A model generated the notes under the pieces. That model was not told where the DNA came from. It worked only from the letters and a program-made list of their open reading frames with translations, and did no database searches. DNA of 63,803 nucleotides, counting the filler, from an uncultured Methanosarcinales archaeon (GTDB taxonomy: Archaea; Nanobdellota; Nanobdellia; Woesearchaeales; B54-G15), in NCBI GenBank assembly GCA_964519225.1. It is 4 parts of 4 records of this genome, joined end to end, with 100 filler letters (N's around TTAATTAATTAA, not from the genome) between each part and the next. Parts side by side here need not be neighbours in the genome. Positions count along the whole stretch, not along the records: positions 26,864 to 57,043 come from CAZFJK010000009.1; 3 more parts are not named here. One strand, written 5' to 3'. Positions within the stretch are counted from its first letter, which is position 1. Every line of letters begins with the position of its first letter. Below are positions 28,183 to 37,200 of this stretch, in pieces. A program made the position numbers and the translations under genes.

Positions 28183-29337
28183 ATGTTAAAACAACTTAAG
28201 CAAACTATCAAGCAGAGATTTGTCCTATATTTACTTTTATACATCCTTTTAAATTTTTCTTGTTTAACGATAGCGGTCCTTTTCGGACCGCAAGGAAAAT
28301 ACTTCACTTCGCATCACTCAAATAAGTTCGTCAACGCATTAACGCAATTTGATTCTGTATCTTATGTCACTATCGCAAAAGAAGGGTATTCATTAAAAAA
28401 TTACCATATTAATGCTTTTTTTCCTCTTTACCCCTATATAATTAAAATAAGCTCATACATAATTAAAGATTATTTCATCGCAGCGATTATTTCTTCATGG
28501 GTCTTTTTTTTCTTAGCCTTTTATTTCCTTTATAAGTTAATAGTTTCACAGTACAATCCATGCGTAGCTAACAAGTCCATTTTATTGTTTTTAACATTCC
28601 CTACATCGTTTTTTGTTTTTGTCGCTTATTCAGAAAGTCTGTTTCTATTTTTAAGCATAACTTCTCTCTTTTTTGCACAAAAAGATAAATGGCACCTAGC
28701 AAGCTTTTTAGCATTTCTAGCATCGATGACCCGCTCAGTTGGATTTTTTCTTGTTATCCCCTTACTTTTAATTTATTTAAATAAGCAGAATATCTCATTT
28801 TCAGATATAAGGCATCCGTCCAAAATATTTAGAAAATTAAATATTAATTTCATTTGCATACTATGTGTTCCTTTAGGTTTTTTAACAGCATTGCTAATCC
28901 AGAGCATCTACACGAAAAACCTATTTTCTTGGTTTATAGCAGAAAAAATGTGGAATAGAACATTATCTCTGCCCTTTGTAAGTATTTTTAATGCATTCCT
29001 TGCAATACTTTACAACCACGCAATCGTTTTTAAATTATATAATTTGTTTAATTTAGCTATAGTCTGTTTATGGATTAGGACTCTAATACTGACGAGAAAT
29101 AGATTACCTTTGCCATATTTTTTGTATGGTATCGTAATTATGCTCCCTTCTTTATGTTCAACAAAGCTTGAAGCAATTAGCAGATATATCCTAGTAAATT
29201 TCCCTTTTTTTATAGCCTTTTCTATATTTTCAGAACGGATTAAAAAGCCCTTTTTCTTAGCATATCTAATTGGCTCGGTCTTTATGCTTATAATATTTGC
29301 TTTTCGCCATTACTGCGGAGGTTTTTCAGTTTTTTAA
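28183..29337 (+). CDS. GT-C mannosyltransferase-like (PIG-V-like) membrane protein
   Basis: QFDSVSY..IAKEGY, AFFPLYP, YSESLFL, TRSVG, SRY; about 10 TMs. Confidence 0.85.
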   Translation: MLKQLKQTIKQRFVLYLLLYILLNFSCLTIAVLFGPQGKYFTSHHSNKFVNALTQFDSVSYVTIAKEGYSLKNYHINAFFPLYPYIIKISSYIIKDYFIAAIISSWVFFFLAFYFLYKLIVSQYNPCVANKSILLFLTFPTSFFVFVAYSESLFLFLSITSLFFAQKDKWHLASFLAFLASMTRSVGFFLVIPLLLIYLNKQNISFSDIRHPSKIFRKLNINFICILCVPLGFLTALLIQSIYTKNLFSWFIAEKMWNRTLSLPFVSIFNAFLAILYNHAIVFKLYNLFNLAIVCLWIRTLILTRNRLPLPYFLYGIVIMLPSLCSTKLEAISRYILVNFPFFIAFSIFSERIKKPFFLAYLIGSVFMLIIFAFRHYCGGFSVF

Positions 29338-30344
29338 AAATCTCTCCATCTCTTCCAACCGAAAATTCTTTTTCCTAATCTTGCATTTCTTATTACGAAT
29401 TCTTTAGGCATAAAATCTACTAACATTTTTACTATCCTATGCTTATTTAAAAATCCCCCAAATCCATTCCTCTTGAGGGTTTTTTCATAACCTTTCCCTT
29501 CCTTCACCGCCCTAACCAACATCCTTCCAGCCCACAATCCAGGAACAATTCCGCCGCCGGTTGTATTCTTTACCTGACAGGCAGCATCACCGACCAAATA
29601 AACTTTCTTTCCTTTGCCAATCTCAAACTCACAGCGCTGGCCTGCATAAATTGGAATCGTCCCAAACTTCAATTTAGTTAAGTCATCAATTTCATATCCA
29701 ACCGCACTTAAGAACTTTCTAAAACGCCTTCTTAAGTCGCATCTAGTAGCCATTCCAATCCTTGCAATTCTGCTATTTTCAGGAACAATCCATCCAAAAA
29801 AATCAGGTGCAAAATCACCAAAATAAACCTTATATTCGTTTAAATTAAACTCTCCTAATACCTTTCCCTGCAGTGCATAAAAAAATCTTCGCTTAATGCC
29901 AAGCATTTTTGCAACTCCGCTATTAACACCATCAGCACCAATCAAACAATCAAATGCATAACTAACGAGCTTTCCCTTATTCAAAAAAACAGCTTTCCCA
30001 TCTTTCACACTAACAAATTCATGCCTGAGAAAAATCCTTGCACCAGCATCGACAGCTTCCCGCAGCATAAAGAAATCAAATCTTTTTCTATCAATCAAAT
30101 AATCATCAACTCTAAGAGAACTGCTCAAATCGCCGCAAATAAGCCCTGCTTTGCTAAATTTATTCAAAACAAAAGGCTCAACATCAACAAACTCAAAAAC
30201 TCTTCTCGTAACGAGCCCAGTGCAGCATTTCTCCCTAAGCAAACTCTCTCGCTTATCGTAAAGCAGAACATCAAATCCAGCCAAAGCAAGCAATCTGCCA
30301 ACATAGCAACCAATAGGTCCAGCCCCTACTATAAGAATTTTCAT
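29334..30344 (-). CDS. Geranylgeranyl reductase-family FAD oxidoreductase
   Basis: GAGPIG, IDRKRFD, GADG, FFGWIVP, VGDAACQVK.TTGGGI. Confidence 0.88.
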   Translation of the reverse strand: MKILIVGAGPIGCYVGRLLALAGFDVLLYDKRESLLREKCCTGLVTRRVFEFVDVEPFVLNKFSKAGLICGDLSSSLRVDDYLIDRKRFDFFMLREAVDAGARIFLRHEFVSVKDGKAVFLNKGKLVSYAFDCLIGADGVNSGVAKMLGIKRRFFYALQGKVLGEFNLNEYKVYFGDFAPDFFGWIVPENSRIARIGMATRCDLRRRFRKFLSAVGYEIDDLTKLKFGTIPIYAGQRCEFEIGKGKKVYLVGDAACQVKNTTGGGIVPGLWAGRMLVRAVKEGKGYEKTLKRNGFGGFLNKHRIVKMLVDFMPKEFVIRNARLGKRIFGWKRWRDF

Positions 30345-30747
30345 TTGAGAACATACTAATCCTGAATTTTTTATTTATTTCTAAAATTGAGATAAAATCG
30401 TTTTCTATACAGAACAATTTCATAGAGAAACGTTTCCTACGGAAAACTATTTACTCTTATCTCCGAGCAGTTTTAAGCAGGTTATGACCTTGACCAATTC
30501 ATCAAAAGGAAATAATTTTGCCATTATTAAATCTTTAGATTCATAATCGAAACTTTTTCAAAATCTTTCGATTGATGGTCTAAAGATCTGTTAAGAAAAA
30601 TTATTTTTTTTGAAACGGGCCACTATAATTTCGTTTATATAATTCTAATTATATAACTCAAATTATTAATCCTTAGAAAAATTCTCCAGGACCTTTCAAA
30701 CTAAAATTTGTTCAAAAAAATCAGAAAAAGAAAACAGTAAAAAAAGT

Positions 30748-31983
30748 TTAGTATTCTTCGCCTTCCTTCTTTCTCATTCTGCTGAATCCAACCACTAATC
30801 CTACTATGATCAAGATCACTATCAACACTATCAATGCACCTTCAAGCAAGGTTATCTTGCCGCCAGCAGCAGGCAACACATTTACCTTCATTGTTAATTC
30901 CTTCAACACTTCGCCATTGCTCTTAACTGCTACGCCTACCACTTGTTCACCGACTGGCGCATCCTTTGCAGCACCAACGTTCACATAGACAATCCTTGTT
31001 TCTCCAGGCTGCAAAACAACAGTGCTTGGCGCAACTTTCAGAGCAGCCCAATCGCCTGCTGTTGCAGTTACTGTAAATGTTTTCGCTGCCTTTCCATTAT
31101 TAGTTAAACTCAATGGATAAACAACGCCTGCACCTCCAGCAACAACATCCTGAACAACATCACTTACTGCAATTATAACCTTTTCTTCTGGCGTTTCTTC
31201 AGTAGCAGCTTCCTCACCCAATACATTAATCTTGTATGTCTCGCTTACTTCATCTTCTCCGTCATTGAACTCAACAGTTACTAAAACATCATATTCTCCG
31301 CTTTCAGCATCAGCAGGAATCCTGAACCAAAGCTCTTCACTTGTCTTTGTTTCACCAGCTTCAATCTCATCAATATAATCAGCATCGCTTACTCCAAGAG
31401 CAGGAATGCTTACTGTAACCTTAACATCCTCTTCGTCTTTCTCTCCAGTATTCTTTACTTTAACCTTTGAAACCAAAGCTCTTCCAGCTTCAACCTCATA
31501 AGCAGGGCTGAAGATTACATCCTTAATCTTCATTCCGTGTCTGCTTGTTGTTACATAGAGCTTGACTTCTTCATAAACTGGTGTGTTGTCTTTGTCTTTT
31601 ATCCAAATCCTAAGCAGATACTCACCAGTATCCATTCTGCCAGGCAATTCAATACTGATCTTCTCAAAGTCATCAGTGTGGTAAGTATTTCCAGCTTTTA
31701 TGCTGAAAACATCAGTTTCATATCTTGCCTTTTCTCTATCATACTCTAAACCACTGATTTCTGTTTCAACAGTAACATAATCATCATCTCCGGTAGCTAA
31801 AAACTTAACATCAACATCTATTTTATTGTCCCTGGCAAGCGTTCTCACTTCACCGTCACTGACTTCTTTTCCATTAACATAAATTCCTAATACATTTACT
31901 GGAACATTCGCTGCCATAACAAAAGAACTTGCCAAAACGCTCAAAACAAGCAAGGCAATCAAACCAAATGCAAATCTTTTCAT
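30748..31983 (-). CDS. Surface/S-layer-like protein with CARDB/Ig-like domains and C-terminal TM anchor
   Basis: Signal peptide, VKNTGEKDEEDVKV and LTNNGK Ig strands, C-terminal TM; strong SD GAGGGGTGA; T-rich tract downstream. Confidence 0.8.
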   Translation of the reverse strand: MKRFAFGLIALLVLSVLASSFVMAANVPVNVLGIYVNGKEVSDGEVRTLARDNKIDVDVKFLATGDDDYVTVETEISGLEYDREKARYETDVFSIKAGNTYHTDDFEKISIELPGRMDTGEYLLRIWIKDKDNTPVYEEVKLYVTTSRHGMKIKDVIFSPAYEVEAGRALVSKVKVKNTGEKDEEDVKVTVSIPALGVSDADYIDEIEAGETKTSEELWFRIPADAESGEYDVLVTVEFNDGEDEVSETYKINVLGEEAATEETPEEKVIIAVSDVVQDVVAGGAGVVYPLSLTNNGKAAKTFTVTATAGDWAALKVAPSTVVLQPGETRIVYVNVGAAKDAPVGEQVVGVAVKSNGEVLKELTMKVNVLPAAGGKITLLEGALIVLIVILIIVGLVVGFSRMRKKEGEEY

Positions 31984-32093
31984 TTTTCTATTCACCCCTC
32001 AACAACCTTTTAGCATGAATTTTTTTAGTTTTAGGCACACCTATTATTTAAATATTTCGTAATTTAGCATGTTCGAGTAGTTACTAATACTGA

Positions 32094-33044
32094 CTATTTT
32101 TGAATGATTACGTCCCTGAAAATTGTTCTTCTTAGATCATCATTGCTAAAGCTTAACCTTACTGCAACTGCTCCTTCAACATCTTCTGGAATCTCTATCA
32201 ATGCCCACTTGGTAACCTTCTTATGTCCCTTTAAATCAAATGGACCAATTCTCTTACCAATGCCTAACTCTGGAAACAATACTAGCACTGAAACATCATC
32301 AAGCTCTTTGCTTCCTGTGTTCTCAAGCTTAAATCCTATCTCAACTATATCACCAGATTCAACAGTATCAGGCAGATAAATTCTATCCACATATAGATCT
32401 CCAAGCACCAGCGCAGGTTCCTTTTCACCTCCTTCTCGCTTGATAACATCTATCATAAAATCTTGCGCATCCAATCCCCAATTGCCATCAGTCACTACAA
32501 CCCTAACATAATATTTTCCTTCCGCTGTTGGAATCCATGTTATTAATCCACTTTCGGCATCAACTATCATTCCTTCAGGAGCATGATCAAGTTTATATGT
32601 TAATTCATCACCATCAGGATCTTGAGCAACAACCTGATAGCGATATTCCTTGCCGACATAAGCAACAGTAACAGGTTCAGAAAGAATTACAGGAGGATTA
32701 TTCCTGTCTTTATCAAAAATATGACCTTCCGGTAAATCATTTCCGAACTCGTCAACGAATTCATCAGAAGAATAATCATCATACCAATCAAAATAGTTTT
32801 CAGTTTCTTCTTCACCAAATCCTTCATCACCTTCTCCAAAATCACTTTCCCAATTGCCTTCATCGCTGAAATCACTCTCCCAGCTATCATCACCAAAATC
32901 ACTATCCCAGCTGTCTTCTTGACTGAAGTCGCTTTCCCAACTATCACTGCCAAAGTCGCTTTCCCAGAAAGCATTAGCTCCTATAATGCTAAATATCAAG
33001 ATAAAAAACAAAAATCCAAAAATAAAAAATTTGTTTAACTTCAT
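32094..33044 (-). CDS. Secreted protein: acidic WESDF repeats + cadherin-like Ig + CARDB-like domain
   Basis: Signal peptide; NNPPVI..P...Y.Y...A.DPDGD.LTY.L...P.GM......G.I.W.P; LENTG. Confidence 0.82.
   Translation of the reverse strand: MKLNKFFIFGFLFFILIFSIIGANAFWESDFGSDSWESDFSQEDSWDSDFGDDSWESDFSDEGNWESDFGEGDEGFGEEETENYFDWYDDYSSDEFVDEFGNDLPEGHIFDKDRNNPPVILSEPVTVAYVGKEYRYQVVAQDPDGDELTYKLDHAPEGMIVDAESGLITWIPTAEGKYYVRVVVTDGNWGLDAQDFMIDVIKREGGEKEPALVLGDLYVDRIYLPDTVESGDIVEIGFKLENTGSKELDDVSVLVLFPELGIGKRIGPFDLKGHKKVTKWALIEIPEDVEGAVAVRLSFSNDDLRRTIFRDVIIQK
32835..32966 (-). repeat. Five in-frame W-E/D-S-D-F repeats (27-30 nt units)
   Basis: FWESDFGSDSWESDFSQEDSWDSDFGDDSWESDFSDEGNWESDFG. Confidence 0.9.
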
Positions 33045-33865
33045 TTTCTACCAGGAACTTTTCTTGGCACAGCGAGTTTTCTATTACTATTTATGTTCTT
33101 CGGTGGAGTTTGCTTTTTCATTGCTTGCTTTCTTTGTTCTTTTTTCTGCTGCTCTGGAGTAGGCATATACTTTTCTTTAAGTTGTTTTATTTCATTTCTT
33201 AATTCAGCTGTAAGTGGAACCTTGCCCATATACTCAACCCGAATGTGAATCGAACTCCTTTCAATCTGTCCTTTATCATAGAGCTCTTTGAGATATGCTT
33301 TCGCTTGTTGATCGGGCATGTTGTCTATGTGCGTTTTTAAGTAATATGCCAAACCAACACGCTTCCATCTGCCAGGCTCGCCAAATTTCAGAGCATTTTT
33401 CAACTGAAGAGCAGCAGCATATTTCTCCAGCGTTTTTTTATCTCGCTTTAGCCCCTGTCCATTCATAAGATTAAACCCAATGTACACCTTTGCTTTTCCT
33501 TTTCTTTCAACGTAGTTTATTATCTTTTGCATTAAGCTATAAACATCATCAACAATTTTCTTTGCACTTCTCACAGCCCCCGCTTCTGCATCTTTCTTCT
33601 CTTTCATTGCTCTGCTAAGCAGGTCTTCCAAACCTTTCCTGGTTTTATCCAGCTTCTTTTTCATTCCCCTAAGACCGTTATACTCTCTCCCATCAATGCC
33701 TTTTCCAAAATCGTATAATCTTCTCAAGCAAGCTTCAGCAATTCTTTCTGCATTCTGAGCTGCGCTAAAATAATTCTCTTTAACTTGTTTCTCACGTGCC
33801 TGCATAGCGGCACATCCAGCCAAACCAACAAGTCCAGCATAAACAGCATAATCTTTCCAATCCAT
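33041..33865 (-). CDS. Hypothetical lipoprotein, basic and helical
   Basis: VGLAGC lipobox near the N-terminus. Confidence 0.65.
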   Translation of the reverse strand: MDWKDYAVYAGLVGLAGCAAMQAREKQVKENYFSAAQNAERIAEACLRRLYDFGKGIDGREYNGLRGMKKKLDKTRKGLEDLLSRAMKEKKDAEAGAVRSAKKIVDDVYSLMQKIINYVERKGKAKVYIGFNLMNGQGLKRDKKTLEKYAAALQLKNALKFGEPGRWKRVGLAYYLKTHIDNMPDQQAKAYLKELYDKGQIERSSIHIRVEYMGKVPLTAELRNEIKQLKEKYMPTPEQQKKEQRKQAMKKQTPPKNINSNRKLAVPRKVPGRK

Positions 33866-33869
33866 TTTT

Positions 33870-34826
33870 TCACCTCCTGCCTAATTTACTTCTTGGTAAA
33901 TAAGGATTATGATTCCTTCCCTTCGGCTTTGTACCATAACCAAAAGGAATAACAAAACCTACACCAACCTCATACTTTGGAATTGGACTTTCACTTAAAC
34001 GATCTGCACCATTAAAATTATATTGACCTTCAACTTTAAGACAGCAATTCTTTCCAAGTCTAACTAGTACACGTGCTTCAACATAGTTAGTTTGGAATTC
34101 ATTTCCAGGATTGTACTTAATTTTTTCATTTCCACCCAACAACTCAATTAAAACTCGCCTCCCCCTATACTGAATCCCGCCACTAAAATCGGTTTTAACA
34201 ATATTACCCAAATGCCGATATTCTTTTTCATCGCGCTTAAAACTGAATATAAGTCTCCATTTTCTTTTTCCAAGATTTCCTCTCAATCCATAAAGCAATC
34301 TTTCAGCACTGTCCTTTCCTTCAGCACCATCCATCTTATAACTTCCCCATTCCTTGAATAAAACACCATCAATACTTAAACCGGGAATATCAACATCAAT
34401 CCTACCACCAATACCACCTAATGATTTTCTTTTCAGCAAACTATCTCCAAAAAAACTTGTACTTTCTCCAACTATAAACGGCATAATTTTGAGTCGATCG
34501 TTTCCAAGAACAACCTCAGCCCGCCCGAATACTTTATCATATCCAACATCGCCCCTTCTTGCTTCCTCGCCACTAACATATAATCCAAAAGGTACTCTCT
34601 CTTCATCACCATTTATCCTAACTCTTGCTTCTATACCAGAACCATCAGGCCAAAATATAGAATCAAGTGAGATATGTCCTCTCGAATTGGTTTTTAAAAC
34701 CTTTTTCTCTTCGTTTTCATTCAAAACATTATTAACATCATTCGCCTTAACTGCCTTAGCTCCAAAACCAAGTGCAGCTAATGCAGCAACAGTCAAAAGT
34801 GCTTTCTTGATCTTATCAATCATCAT
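33870..34826 (-). CDS. Secreted hypothetical protein, beta-barrel-like
   Basis: Signal peptide ending AVKA; series of alternating Gly/aromatic strands. Confidence 0.65.
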   Translation of the reverse strand: MMIDKIKKALLTVAALAALGFGAKAVKANDVNNVLNENEEKKVLKTNSRGHISLDSIFWPDGSGIEARVRINGDEERVPFGLYVSGEEARRGDVGYDKVFGRAEVVLGNDRLKIMPFIVGESTSFFGDSLLKRKSLGGIGGRIDVDIPGLSIDGVLFKEWGSYKMDGAEGKDSAERLLYGLRGNLGKRKWRLIFSFKRDEKEYRHLGNIVKTDFSGGIQYRGRRVLIELLGGNEKIKYNPGNEFQTNYVEARVLVRLGKNCCLKVEGQYNFNGADRLSESPIPKYEVGVGFVIPFGYGTKPKGRNHNPYLPRSKLGRR

Positions 34827-34929
34827 AAAACCCCCATAAAATCAAATTTTTACTCCCGAGTAGAAACACTATTATTTAAATTTTTCCATTTTTGCGTAGT
34901 ATCAAGCATATCAAGGAAGCGAAATAACA

Positions 34930-35799
34930 TTAAATTTTTCTTTTAACATGCAAATACCCTATTTCATCACCAACTCCTATACTTATCCCAACACAATCTT
35001 CAATTTTCTTTAAAAAATCTTCTGGAGAAAATCCAAAGTAGTCTTGTAAAAGATACATACAGCCAAGTGCAAAAGGAGAAATTTCCCTACCATTTTTGAA
35101 CACATCAATAACAAATGCAGATAAATCGCAAGGCTTTACAAAAAATATTTCCCTGTTAAACTGTTTAGATTCTCTAAATGTGCGTTTGAAATCTATTGAA
35201 CAGATCGAAGAATGTAAAATAAAATTTAAGTCAACACCACTCAAACCAGGCTTTCCCACACACGTTACTCCTATTGCATGAATCTCTTTAATCGCATCAA
35301 ATACACCTCCAATTTCATGTTCTACTCGATCTCTAATTGTTCCAACTATATCCACAAAGCTCTTTTCCCATCTTTTTAACACATGCTTATTTAAGTTCGG
35401 AAATCCTCCAAAACCAGATATTTGGTTCATTTGATTCTCTTTAGTTACATACACAAGATAGCCATCCTCGGTTTCGAAATGAAAGTGTGTACTAAGATAC
35501 AATAAATGAAACATTTTTATTAGCTCCAAATCAAAATTTTCAGCACACCTATTAAAAGCATGGCTATATGAATATGGTCTACGTTTAACAACGAACTCTT
35601 TTTTAGAATTAGTTTCAACACAGTATAAGAAAGGAACTGGATTATCTTTCAAATCTACTTTTCTCCTTATATCACTAACTCTTTTTTCAAGGCTTTCTGG
35701 TAAAGGTTCGCCTTCACCATCTATTCTGACACAGAACTTTCTATCGTAATTAGGATAAACAAGATACTGAAATTGCATCCACGATTGGATCTCGTTCAT
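34930..35799 (-). CDS. Hypothetical protein, possibly a divergent Nudix fold
   Basis: ETEDGYLVYV.K...SGFGGF...IRDRVEHEIG resembles degenerate Nudix elements. Confidence 0.5.
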   Translation of the reverse strand: MNEIQSWMQFQYLVYPNYDRKFCVRIDGEGEPLPESLEKRVSDIRRKVDLKDNPVPFLYCVETNSKKEFVVKRRPYSYSHAFNRCAENFDLELIKMFHLLYLSTHFHFETEDGYLVYVTKENQMNQISGFGGFPNLNKHVLKRWEKSFVDIVGTIRDRVEHEIGGVFDAIKEIHAIGVTCVGKPGLSGVDLNFILHSSICSIDFKRTFRESKQFNREIFFVKPCDLSAFVIDVFKNGREISPFALGCMYLLQDYFGFSPEDFLKKIEDCVGISIGVGDEIGYLHVKRKI

Positions 35800-35845
35800 A
35801 ATTGAAAAAAAGCAACCTATTTTTTATTTTTTACCCCACCCCTAT

Positions 35846-35867
35846 ATTTTCGAATATATTCGAAAAT
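35846..35867. promoter_or_regulatory. Perfect 22-bp palindrome upstream of the TA-like operon
   Basis: ATTTTCGAATATATTCGAAAAT, 30 nt before the HTH gene. Confidence 0.65.
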
Positions 35868-35897
35868 TTTTTAAATCATCAATATTTTTAAACGAAA

Positions 35898-36488
35898 ATG
35901 AAATCCATCGAATATGTTTATTACGAAATACTCAAGCAATACGAGAAAAAGAAAAAGAAAAAGTTTACTCAGCTACAGCTTTCTAAAACTTTGAATATCA
36001 GCCTAAGCACAATAAATCTTGCACTAAAACCCTTAAGAAAAATGTATGCCATCAAAGTTATGCCAGCATGCTTTGTTCTGCGCGACATATCAAAAGTGCT
36101 TTATCACTGGGCAAACATTAGAAATCCTCAAAAGGATATCATCTTCCAAACACGTGTAAGCCAGCCACCAAGAAAAATCGAATCAAATCTTCCATCAAAC
36201 ATAATCTTCACAGCATACTCAGGATTTAAATTCAAATTCAAAAAAGTTCCAGCAGATTATTCTGAAATATATATCTATGCAGACGAAACAACCGTGCAGA
36301 TAATTAAAAAACGATTGGTATTTTCAAAGAACAAACCACCAAACTTCTTTGTTCTAAAAAAAGGAAAACTCACAGAACTGACAGCATCGCTGCTTTTTGT
36401 TGATCTATGGAACCTTCCTGAATGGTACGCAAAAGATTATCTAAAAGCACTGAAAAAGGAGTTGATAAAAATTGGAATTCTGGAGTGA
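35898..36488 (+). CDS. wHTH antitoxin, AbiEi-like (type IV TA)
   Basis: FTQLQLSKTLNISLSTIN HTH; FTAYSG, ADYSEIYIY, LFVDLWNL. Confidence 0.7.
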   Translation: MKSIEYVYYEILKQYEKKKKKKFTQLQLSKTLNISLSTINLALKPLRKMYAIKVMPACFVLRDISKVLYHWANIRNPQKDIIFQTRVSQPPRKIESNLPSNIIFTAYSGFKFKFKKVPADYSEIYIYADETTVQIIKKRLVFSKNKPPNFFVLKKGKLTELTASLLFVDLWNLPEWYAKDYLKALKKELIKIGILE

Positions 36489-37200
36489 AGCAATAATCGA
36501 AAAAAGCTGGAGAGTCTTGCAAGAACTAAAAAAACAAATTAAATTTATTTTGATAGGCGGTTGGGCTATTTGGCTCTTAACAAAAACACTAAAATCAAAA
36601 GACATCGACATTATAGTAGATTTCAAAGAATTAACCAAACTAAAGGAAAAATTTCAAATCAAGAAAAATCAACACCTTAAGAAATACGAACTTGTTATAG
36701 ACGAAGTCGATATTGATATCTATGTTCCTTATTATTCAGATCTCGGCGTGCCATTAAACAAGATTAAAACAATAACAATTCAAGGCTTCAAAATTCCAGA
36801 GCCGCAATATCTGCTTGTCATGAAACAATATACTTATCACAAAAGAGAAGGACCAAAAAAAGAAAAAGATCTAATTGATATTTTTGCATTAACAACAGTA
36901 ACGGATCTGAAAAAATACCTACAACTTACAAAAGAATTAAACAAACCGCAATATGTAAACGATTTAATAGCTCTCATTCGATCTTTTAAAGATTATCAGT
37001 TCCTCAATATCACCCCAAGAAAATTCAAACTCATGAAAAATCAATCATTGAAAAACTTAGACATCTTTAAATCTTCATCCACTCACCATTCTGAGCAATC
37101 CTTGCTTTTATGCCGACTTCATCACAAAGCTCAGCCAAAGCTTTACTATTTTCCTTATCAGCATGGCTTGGCAGAACAAGTTCGGGCATTGTCATTCTAA
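36472..37200 (+). CDS. Nucleotidyltransferase toxin, AbiEii-like
   Basis: FILIGGWA, SKDIDI, LVMK, KKEKDLIDI; TTG start. Confidence 0.72.
   Translation: MEFWSEAIIEKSWRVLQELKKQIKFILIGGWAIWLLTKTLKSKDIDIIVDFKELTKLKEKFQIKKNQHLKKYELVIDEVDIDIYVPYYSDLGVPLNKIKTITIQGFKIPEPQYLLVMKQYTYHKREGPKKEKDLIDIFALTTVTDLKKYLQLTKELNKPQYVNDLIALIRSFKDYQFLNITPRKFKLMKNQSLKNLDIFKSSSTHHSEQSLLLCRLHHKAQPKLYYFPYQHGLAEQVRALSF

Noticed and set aside
32835..32966. Regularly spaced ~28-nt repeats as a possible CRISPR array
   Set aside because: They are in-frame coding repeats with synonymous variation and no spacers. No CRISPR array or cas operon was seen in the window.
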